Assembly: GCF_001194135.2 (NCBI RefSeq)
Contig: NC_068982.1
Span: 5,405,858-5,469,857, forward strand
Source: Octopus bimaculoides
Lineage: Eukaryota
Reading direction: 5' to 3'
DNA length: 64,000 nucleotides
The translations under genes and the position numbers were made by a program. Under the pieces are notes generated by a model. It searched no databases. It saw nothing but the letters and a program-made list of their open reading frames with translations, and was not told the origin of the DNA. This document shows, in pieces, positions 13,746 through 23,530 of the stretch; the stretch's first letter is position 1; each line of letters begins with the position of its first letter.

Positions 13746-13966
13746 CCCTTTCAATACCAACCCACCTGAAACCAGCTCTGGCTCTGTAGTACAAATGTCT
13801 TGTTTTCATAAGTTTTGAATTAAAATCTTCCACCAAACCTTAGTCACAATTTATGTTCCTAACACTAGCTTAATGATAACTAAGTTATTTTACTAAATTC
13901 TTTGTTATATTTAAAGTAATTGAAAGAAACACAGAGCATCTCAAAATAAATACAGTAATGAAAGGG
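13746..13966. mobile_element. piggyBac-type MITE (second copy 31738-31953)
   Basis: TTAA|CCCTTTC ... GAAAGGG|TTAA; near-identical inverted copy at 31738-31953. Confidence 0.85.
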
Positions 13967-14105
13967 TTAAATATTGCACTAAATAAAGCAGGTTCATAAT
14001 CATATGTAATAAAATATTAAGCACGTGTTTTATTACATTAACTCTGAGTTTTTTCTGAATTAAGTTAAATCTTAGACTTCTGTAATACAAAATAACTACA
14101 GCTTA

Positions 14106-14141
<36 letters not shown>

Positions 14142-14187
14142 CATTAATAATGCATAAAGAAATGAAAACGGATGCAGCTTGTATTAA

Positions 14188-14432
14188 CCCATTTGTGCCG
14201 AAATTTTTCTAGAGAATGAAATTGCCTGAAAATTCAAAGATACTACTGTTTTGACCTAAATAGCAACTGTAAAAAATTTAATTGAAATCCGTTAGATACA
14301 GACTTTATACACATTAAGAACATGTTTCACTCTTTGATACAGATCATACACAAATCACAATTTGTATCAAGTATTTGTTTTATACCCTTGTAAATTAAGG
14401 GTCAGTTTAAACAGACAATTAGCATAAATGGG
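14188..14432. mobile_element. piggyBac-type MITE, different family
   Basis: TTAA|CCCATTT ... AAATGGG|TTAA. Confidence 0.75.
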
Positions 14433-14699
14433 TTAAGAAGTTATGAGCGTATATATTATATGAGCTGGTAGAATCATTAGCTTAACGGTATTTCATTAGT
14501 CTTCACATTCAAATTCCACCAAAGTCAATTTTGTCTTTCATACTTTTGGGGATTGATGAAATAAGTACCAGCTGAATACTAAGGTCGAAATTGCTGGCTT
14601 TGTGCCAAAATTTGAAATCAATATATGTGAATTTAATAAAATGCATTTTATTGTAAAACATAACAGTTGATCTTCAGGTCAAACAGTAACTTTTGTTTT

Positions 14700-15141
14700 C
14701 AGAGATGAGGAACTATGTACATTATTTACATTTGACAGATATTTGTCCTCATCTTGTTTGTTGTTAACACAATGTTTCAGCTGATATACCCTCTAGCCTT
14801 CAATCAGGTGTCTTGGGGGAAGGGTCCACAAGGTTCAGTCCTCAGCCCCCTCCTATTTATCATAGTCCTCCAGGCAATAACAGAGGAATTCAAGACAGGA
14901 TGCCCCTGGGAGCTCCTCTATGCTGATGACCTTGCTCTAATTGCTGAGTCACTGCTAGAACTGGAGACAAAGTTTAGGGTATGGAAGCAAGGTCTAGAAT
15001 CGAAGGGCCTTAGAGTCAACCTAGCTAAAACCAAAGTCCTAATAAGTAGGAAGGTAGACAAACCACAAACCCCTTCAGGTAGATGGCCCATTATGTTAAC
15101 AACAAACAAGATGAGGATAAATATCCGTCAAATGTAAATAA
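14700..15141. mobile_element. Inverted H1 tails enclosing an RTE-type reverse transcriptase fragment
   Basis: About 14822-15090 (+) encodes QGSVLSPLLFIIVLQAITEEFKTGCPWELLYADDLALIAES...RVNLAKTKV with no stop; flanked by H1 tails in opposite orientations. Confidence 0.85.
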
Positions 15142-15182
15142 CTTATCTATAATGAATTAATCTAGATAATGAATATACTCAC

Positions 15183-15237
15183 CAACTACTCCCATCAATA
15201 TAAAAATTACTAATTCCTGGCCAGAGTAATAATTAAA
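15183..15237 (-). CDS. CLCN7: CLC-7 exon FNYYSGQELVIFILMGVV(G)
   Basis: 55 nt, phase 0-1; long poly-T acceptor ending GCAG, G|GTGAGT donor; matches human EIPVFIAMGVVG. Confidence 0.95.
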
Positions 15238-15499
15238 CTGCAAAAAAAGAAAAAGAAAAAAAAAAAGAAAAACACAGAAGGGTTAATAAATTGCATGTAA
15301 GCATGGATGTGTAGTAGAGAAGTTTGTCTGACAACCATATCGGTCTAGGTTCAATCCAAATGCACAGCAGCTCAGGTAAGTGTCTTCTGCCGCTGTTCTG
15401 GATTGTCCAATACTTTGCAAATGTAATTTGGCAGAAACTGTATTAAAGTTTGTGTGCATGTATGTGTGTGTGTATGCGCATGTGTGTGGATGGATAGAT

Positions 15500-15810
15500 A
15501 AATTCATGGCTAAGTGGTGAGGTTGTTTGGCTGATAACTGTAAGGTCATGAGTTCGATTCCCGGCAATGCGCTGTGTCCTTGAGCAAGACACTTCATTTC
15601 GCATTGCTCCAGTTCACTCAGCTGGCAAAAGTGAGTAGTACCTGTAATTCAATGGGCCAGTTTTGTCACATTCAGTGTCATGCTGAATCTCCCCTGAGAA
15701 CTACGTTAAGGATACACATGTCTGTGGAGTACTCAGCCACTTGCACGCTAATTTCACAAGCAGGATGACCCTTTGATTGATCAAATCAAGTGGAACCTGT
15801 ATCGTAACTG
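15500..15810 (+). mobile_element. tRNA-derived SINE with TGTGTCCTTGAGCAAGACACTT core (relatives at about 2470-2750, 4730-5050, 16955-17180)
   Basis: Head with GAGTTCGATTCCCGGC B box; shared 3' part CTCAGCCACTTGCACG...GAACC. Confidence 0.75.
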
Positions 15811-16027
15811 ATGGAGTCCCAGTCACATAATGCAAAAAGAACCAAAATGTAATGATGAGGAATCAATTCAGATTCTTAATCATGCACACACACACGCATA
15901 CACCATCATCATCATTTAGCACCTGCTCTCCAAGCTAGCATGGGTTAGACAGTCTGACTAGAACTGATAATCTGGAGAGCTGCAACCAGGTTCCAGTCCG
16001 ATATATCAGACTGGGTAGGTCTAATGT

Positions 16028-16068
<41 letters not shown>

Positions 16069-16243
16069 NNNNNNNNNNNNNNNNNNNNNNNNNNNNNNNN
16101 NNNNNNNNNNNNNNNNNNNNNNNNNNNNNNNNNNNNNNNNNNNNNNNNNNNNNNNNNNNNNNNNNNNNNNNNNNNNNNNNNNNNNNNNNNNNNNNNNNNN
16201 NNNNNNNNNNNNNNNNNNNNNNNNNNNNNNNNNNNNNNNNNNN

Positions 16244-16275
<32 letters not shown>

Positions 16276-16294
16276 GCATAGATATATAATTCTA

Positions 16295-16951
16295 CGAGGG
16301 GATCTCAAAAATTATCTGCAATTTAACCTTAACATATCTTTATATTTGTCACACTGCTTTCTGCACATGTGTGCTTATAGTTGGTGCTATTGTGGTCACG
16401 TGATCAAAGTTTGAGCTTGATGGCACCATTTTCCTTTCTGGCTTTACAGTGTAAGCATGGCCACTTCACTAGTAATGTGCACCAAAGAAGAACAAAGAGC
16501 AGGGATCTGAGAGATGGTAATGATGAACCGGTTCACCATTACCATCTCTTGAGCTTGCTGAATCTTCTAGTCAGTGGTGTCCTGCTCCCTCTTTATGTGT
16601 CACACTTGTCCAACCATTTTTAAACTTCTCGATCCACTCATACACATTTCTACATGGTAGAACACTGTCCCCGTATTGTGCTAAAAGCCTCCAATGAATT
16701 TCAACACCTGACACACCTTCCGACCAGAGAAATCAGATCACTACTCTTTGTTCTTCTTTGGTGCAGATTGCTAGTGGAATGGCCATGCTTACACTGGAAA
16801 GCGAGAGAGAAAATGGCACAATCAGGCTCAAACTTTGACCACGTGACCACAATAGTACCAACTAAAGGCACACACACACACAGAAGGCAGTGTGACAATA
16901 ATAAAGATAGGTTACAGCTAAAAAGTTTGGATAATTTTTGAATTACCCTCA
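16295..16951. mobile_element. Mariner-derived foldback MITE
   Basis: TA|CGAGGG ... CCCTCA|TA ends; about 230-bp imperfect inverted arms each containing CTKEEQR, a transposase N-terminus remnant. Confidence 0.85.
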
Positions 16952-18112
16952 TATATCATGGCACTCTGTCGTTTACGACGACGAGAGTCCCAGTTGATCC
17001 GATCAATGAAACAGCTTGCTCATGAAATTAACTTGCAAGTGGTTGAGCACTCCACAGACACATGTACCCTTAACGTAGTTCTCGGGGATATTCAGTGTGA
17101 CACAGAGTGTGACAAGGCTGGCCCTTTGAAATACAGGCACAACAGAAACAGGAAGAAAGAGTAAGAGAAAGTTGTCAATGAATTGCTGCCATAGGTTTTA
17201 GTCAAGGATGTCAACCCCAGAACTTATTTTAGACTAGTATCAGTTTTAGCAATGTCCAAAAATACAAGACGTGTCCAAACCACACAAGCATGGAAAAAGC
17301 AAACATAAAATGTTGATGATGATGATGATATCAATCCACTTCTGACCATCTCTGGCTCTGAAATGAACCTTCTCGTTTTAAAATGTCCATTCTTCAGACT
17401 TCTCACCATAATTTTATGAAAAAGCCACTTTGTGTTCTGAATGACAATTTGATAGGGTTAGGGTTAGGGGAAAAGCAAGTTGTTTAACTGACCCTTTCTA
17501 CATTCCTTGTGTTTTATCTTCAATTTGCTTCAGTCATTAGACTGCGGCCATGCTGGGGCACCGCCTTGAAGAATTTTTAGTCAAATGAATTGACCCCACA
17601 GTTGTTTTTCTTTTTTGAAGCCAGGTACTTATTCTATCGATCTCTTTTGCTGAACTGCTAAGTTATGGGGATGTAAACACACCAACACCGGTTGTCAAAC
17701 AGGGGACAAACACAGACACAAAGACACACACGTGCATGATGGGCTTCTTTCACTTTCTGTCTAAAAAGTCTACTCACAAGGCTTTGGTTGGCCTAAGGCT
17801 ATAACAGAAAACACTTGCCCAAGGTGTTGTGCAGTGGGACTGAACCCAGAACCATGAGGTTGGGAAGCAAACTTCTTACCACTGAGCCACACCTTGATTA
17901 TTTTCAAAACAAAATGAAACACAGGCAGTATATATTGTTAGGATTATGATAAAGAAATGTGTAGGAATAACAACAACAGGTCTCAAAATTTCGTATAAAA
18001 ATTTGCTAACCTGTAGAAGGAGTTCACCTATCGTAACAGGAAATTAGGTAAAAAATCTAAGTTAGAAGGAAAAGAAAATTCAAAAAAAAAAAAACAAAAA
18101 AATGATACTTAC

Positions 18113-18223
18113 AGTAAATTTTCCAAAATTTATTAAACCTGGATATGTCAACTCCCAAGGATGGAATTTTATATAACTTCGGACTATATTAAGTGTAAAT
18201 GTTGATATCATTGAACAGAAAAA
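18113..18223 (-). CDS. CLCN7: CLC-7 exon [37 protein letters not shown]
   Basis: Matches human [12 protein letters not shown]...PGLINFG; 111 nt; TTTTTCCAG acceptor, GTAAGT donor. Confidence 0.97.
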
Positions 18224-19984
18224 CTGGAAAAAGAAAATTATATATAAAAGTGTGTGTGATGGCATTTGAATTGAAAAGGAGAGAACTTTATAATCTTAAT
18301 ACATGAATGTATAGAATGGTATTGCAGTTAAGGTGTTGGAATCCTAACCACCTGGTCGTTAGTTCAAAAAATTACTTCACCTGTTATATTGTGCTTTTGA
18401 GCAGGGCACATAACAATCAGTCCCAGCTTCCCTGATGGACAGGAAGGCTCCTGTTTTTTTTACTTCAAAGTCGAACAGGTTACTGTTAAGAGCATCCAAC
18501 TTGAAACACAACTGCACAAGCAAATTTAATTTTCAATAGGAAATTTAATAGGAAAGGAGATGCAAATGTTTACAAGGGTTATACAGCAATGAAACTCTGC
18601 AGGCTCTGCCCTCTTGGTCATGAAAAGAAATTTCAAAACAAATAGTAAGACTGTAGGAAAAATGAAGAAAGGTGAATGGTGTGTCAACCAGTGAAAATTG
18701 ATAAAGTAATTGTGACTGGGCATTGTTCTAGGTCTGCAGATCATTTGATACATATATCTGAGAACCAACCTGCTAACAGAAGCATAGAGTAGACACCTTC
18801 TCGTGGCCAGTGATGCGTAAAAAATGTCATGGCAAACCACCTTTTGCTATGTTCCATGAACTGGTAACATTCCTTGCTGATCAGAAAATATGATGCCAGA
18901 ATGCTGTATTTTGTCCCTCTGCAGCTGGAGGATTAAAGACCTACGATAGAAATGAAATGCAAAAGACCTAGAGCCTTGTTTCATGCAAACACAACAGACT
19001 ATGTCAGAGTTTGTGTTAAGTCACAGTCTGGTTGGAAACGATGTCTATCATATTATTATTATTATTATTCTTTTCTACTCTTGGCATATGGCCTGAAATT
19101 TTTGGGGAGGAGGCCAGTCGATTAGATCAACCCCAGTACGCAACTGGTACTTAATTTATCGACCCCGATAGGATGAAAGGCAAAGTTGACCTCGGCGGAA
19201 TTTGAACTCAGAGCATAAAGACAGACGAAATACCACTCAACATTTTACCCGGCGTGCTAACGTTTCTGCCAGCTCGCTGCCTTATCATATTATTATTAAC
19301 CACAAAATTATTAACCATCAGCCAACAACCACCTTGAGTAACTTTTTGAGCTCCAAGTGTCTAACACGTACACAGATTACAAGGTAAATGTCCAAACGAG
19401 AATAGTAGTGACATATACACATGAATATAGACAACATTAGTTTGAAATTTTGGCAGAGGGCCAGTAATTTGAGGGAGAGGAGTTAAGTTGATTACATCAA
19501 TCCCCAGTGTTCAACTGGTACTTATTTTATCAACCCTGAAAGGACGAAAGGCAAAGTTGACCTTGGTGGAATTTGAGCTTAGAATGTAAAAACGGGCAAA
19601 ATGTCATTAAGCGTTTTGCCCAGCTGGCAGAACTGTCAACAGGCAAAATGCCTTTATATTGAGACAATGTAATCTGGAATCATAAAGCAGGGAGATGGCA
19701 GAATCAGAAACATGGTGGACAAAATGCTTAGCAGCATTTCTTCCAACTTTACATTCTGAGTTCAAATGCCACTAGGGTCAACTTTGTCTTTCCTTCTTTC
19801 ATGGTCAATAAAATAAGTACCAGTTGAGCACTGGGGGAGGGGATGGGTCGATATAATTGACTTATCCACTTCCCTGAAACTGCTGGCCTTGTGCCATGAT
19901 TTGAAATCAATTTTATGTGGAATCATGTGATCACACAAATACTTGAAAAATCACATTTATACAACTACAAGTTCACACACCAAC

Positions 19985-20340
19985 ACACAGAATCACATGT
20001 TCACATAACAACATAGAGAGTCACATGTTCATATAACATAGGGAGTCACATGTTCACATAACAGCATAGAGAAGTCGTATTCAGGCAACATAGGGAGTCA
20101 CATATTCACACAACAGAGGGAATCCCCTGTTCACACAACACAGGGAACCTCCTATTCACACAGCATAGGGAATCCCCTGTTCACACAACACAAGGAATCC
20201 CCTGTCTACACAACACAGGGAATCTCCTGTTCACACAACACAGGGAATCTCCTGTTCACACAACACAGGGAATCTCCTGTTCACACAACACAGGGAATCT
20301 CCTGTTCACACAACACAGGGAATCCCCTGTTCACACAAAA
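19985..20340. repeat. 25-bp minisatellite (CAGGGAATCTCCTGTTCACACAACA)n
   Basis: About 14 units, homogeneous at the right end and degenerate at the left. Confidence 0.9.
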
Positions 20341-20418
20341 ACACTTGATATCACACGCAACGAACAATGAACCAGAACTGACAAAAACTAGAGTCTAGAA
20401 AGCAAAGTGGTAACTAAC

Positions 20419-20577
20419 AATTTTCCACGTAAGGGCCTGGTTCCAGAAGCTAGCACCTTCCTCCAAGCTGAAGAGAACACCACCAACGGGGGCACCAAAA
20501 GCAGCAGCTACACCTGCAGCAGCACCTCCTGACACAAAATCTCTCTTCTCAGTATCTGTACGGAAGAATTCAAATAC
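20419..20577 (-). CDS. CLCN7: CLC-7 exon with proton glutamate ([53 protein letters not shown])
   Basis: Near-identical to human [47 protein letters not shown]; 159 nt; ATTTACAG acceptor, GTTAGT donor. With the gating E this implies an antiporter rather than a channel. Confidence 0.98.
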
Positions 20578-21231
20578 CTGTAAATAGAAGAAGAAAAGAC
20601 AACAGGTTAATTAATCAAGGTTTTGTTGTCATCAAGAAAAACATAAAGAGACTTTTGTAATACAAAGCGTCAGAGGAACGACAGAATGTGACGAGAGAAG
20701 CTGAAAATTTGAGAAGTCCCTTATAGTCATTTTCACTTGTAAAATTCTTTACATAAAGCTTTAAGAATCAAAATTAATATTAAAGAAATAACTTCTTTGA
20801 AATAAGTATTATAATAAGGATTTAAAATATAGGGAACAGTGCCAGAAACTTAACAAGTGGGAACACTGAAATCTAACGATGACTTTGTTCTCTTTTTAGG
20901 AATACTTTTCCTGTCATCAGTCCATCATGGCATGAGCTGCATGAACTTGTTGGTGAGTCAGGTCAGCTCTTTTGAAGCTCTCTTTACAGATGGTCATCTT
21001 TAGTAGATAAAAGCTTGAACTTTTATGACGCTTTTGGAGTCTCAGGAGAACAAACTTGAAATTCTGAGAAACCTAAAATCTCCAATCTGATCTGGCAAGG
21101 TTTCTACAGCTAGATGCCTTTCCTAACACTAACCACTCAGAGAGTATAGTGGGTGCTTTTTACATGCCACTGGCATGAGGGCCAGTCAGGCAGTACTGGC
21201 ATCGACCATGGATCCATCTTGGGTTATGGGC

Positions 21232-21465
21232 TTTGTGCTTCTTAGGGAAATGTTAACCCACATCTGGCCAAAATTTTCTACTTCTTTTTTTTATGGTCAT
21301 AACAAGCAGATCTAGTCTTTCACACCTACTTTACAATGTCATTCTAAAAATAAACAACCATATCATTAAAACCTCAAAGCTACAAGATAATGCACGATTA
21401 ATACAAAACAATATGAATAGATAAGCTTTACATTTAGCAGAATAATCTGAATGCTAAAGGGTTAA
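21232..21465. mobile_element. piggyBac-type MITE family (relatives at about 24050-24270, 35918-36130, 36340-36450, 37050-37160)
   Basis: Shared CTGAATGCTAAAGGGTTAA / TTAACCCTTCAGCATTCAG termini and internal CCTACAATGTCATTCTAAAAA. Confidence 0.7.
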
Positions 21466-21491
21466 GCAAAAAAATAAATTGAAGTACTTAC

Positions 21492-21575
21492 ATTTAAATC
21501 AAATCGAAGTGATGATGATCTGCCTTGTGATATTCCTGCAGCAACAACTGCCCCTGAATGAATCATGGGACCTTC
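21492..21575 (-). CDS. CLCN7: CLC-7 exon with gating glutamate ([28 protein letters not shown])
   Basis: GK|EGP motif spans the junction; 84 nt; CCTCCAG acceptor, GTAAGT donor. Confidence 0.98.
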
Positions 21576-21917
21576 CTGGAGGAGTGGATGTGCAAATATT
21601 CATTAAGTTATGTATGCAAAAACATTATACACGGGTGTAGGTGAATGTATGTGTATATCAATGTATGCATATGAGAGTGTGCATGTGTGTGTGTTCATTG
21701 TTTAACGTCCATTTTCCATGCTGGCATGGGTTGGACGGTTTGACTGAGGTCTGGCAAGCCAGAAGGCTGCACCAGGCTCCAATCTGATCTGGCAATGTTT
21801 CTACAGTTGGATGCCCTTCCTATCACCAACCAGTCTGAGAGTGTAGTGGGTGCTTTTTACGTGCCACCAGCACAGGAGCCAGTTGGTAGGGTGTGTATAT
21901 ACATGTAAATATGTGTA

Positions 21918-22813
21918 CAAAGTGGTATCAGAAAGTTCTTGGACTAGTTCTGTAGTTCACAGACAGATGGCACCACACAACTGCATGTACTGTGAGAGTT
22001 AGCAGTGACCTTCATGCGGCAGTGTGCCAAGTGACATCACTGTGTTTACTTCACAGGTTGTGAAATTTGTGTTATTTCGTGATCCTGTGTATGCCGTAGT
22101 CTGCTATTTTGTAATGGACAGGAAATTGGAACAAAGAGCTAACGTGAAATTTTGCATCAGATTAGGGAACTACAGAAACATTGAGCATGCTATGGTGATG
22201 AGGCAATGGGTCATATACAAGGTGTCAAGTGGTACAGAGGTTTCAAGAGTGGAAGAACATCCCTGGAAGATGATGAGGCAATCTGGAAGACCTGTCGTGA
22301 GTGAGTGCCACACCTGGAAATGCAGAGAAAATTCATCAGCTTGTGCAGGAGGATCGTCAGAGGACAATCGACAACGTTTTGAAGCATTTGAGGGAGGACA
22401 TTTGGTGCAAGTGACCAGATCTGTGGATCGTGAAGAATCGGGTCCTCCACGATGACAATGCACCCTGACACTGAACGCTCCTCACTCGTGAGTCTCTCAC
22501 CAAAAATAACAGGGTATCCCTTCCACACTCACCCTATTCACCCAATTTAGCATCTGCAGACTTCCATCTCTTCCCCACAATGAAAATGCAGCTCAAAAGG
22601 TTGCCGTTTTAACACCATTGCCGAGATCAGGTGCGAACTGCAGAATGTCCTGGACTTACAGAAAGCGACTTCCAGGCTGGATTCCAAAAATGGCAGGAAC
22701 GCTGGGACCAGTGTATTGTTGTGCAAGGTGGCTATTTTGAAGGAGATGATGTTAAAACGTAAGTTATTTTTTAGTAAACATAAGTAATCCAGGAACTTTT
22801 TGATGCCACTTTA
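21918..22813 (+). mobile_element. Internally deleted mariner transposon
   Basis: About 28-bp TIRs (CAAAGTGGTATCAGAAAGTTCTTGGA vs reverse TAAAGTGGCATCAAAAAGTTCCTGGA), TA flanks, transposase remnants MDRKLEQRANVKFCIRLG, GRTSLEDDE and HPYSPNLASADFHLF. Confidence 0.9.
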
Positions 22814-23386
22814 TATATAGGTGAGTGTGTAGTGTAAGTCTATTTATAAAGTTTCATGACACAAAAGCACTGACCTAAGTTATGGAAGGCTTGAATTTCC
22901 TTATTTTCAGTGCTTTCAACATTTGAAATACACACAGTAATGTTCAATGGAGTGGATATTAACCTTAGGTTAACAAAGTAAGGGAGACAATTCTAAATGT
23001 TTTCCACATTATTACACTTCATCAGTAGAAGGTTAGCCTTCACCATTCCTTCCTGTCATTGTTGTTATTTGTTCTTTACTTTGCACGAGTGTGTGTAGTA
23101 CAAAAAAAATCAAAAAATCTAATGATGCTAGGAAATGAGTTTATTTGATGATTAAATTAGGAAGAGATACTGACCAGGTGTTTAAGTAATAAAAAGGTGG
23201 GTTTGATTATTTTCAGGATTGTCAACAACAGAAATAACCAGAGCAAGATATGGCACCAGCATGAGTGCTTTTTACACGGAAACTACAAACATGTAAGCCT
23301 TTGCGTGCATGCATGTGGACACAGACACACACACAGAAAGGCTACATGCATGTAAAATAAGAATATTGTAAAATTCAGTGCCTTAC

Positions 23387-23530
23387 CTTTCCAACAGCCA
23401 AACCTCCTGCCACAGCACACACCACGCCAAACACTTTCACCACTAATGTCTTCAGGCGTACGACTCTAGGAACTTTTACTCCATTTAGGAAACATTTGAT
23501 TTGGGGGATCCCACTTCCAGATGCAACAGG
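23387..23530 (-). CDS. CLCN7: CLC-7 exon with GSGIP motif ([48 protein letters not shown])
   Basis: Diagnostic GSGIP anion-binding motif; 144 nt; CTTTTGTAG acceptor, AAG|GTAAGG donor. Confidence 0.98.

Noticed and set aside
18540-18700. CRLCPLGHEKKFQNK**DCRK, like a piggyBac cysteine-rich C-terminus
   Set aside because: Too short and stop-ridden, with no termini found; not called as a feature.
19985-20340. CRISPR-like array
   Set aside because: Contiguous tandem units with no unique spacers, in eukaryotic intronic DNA.
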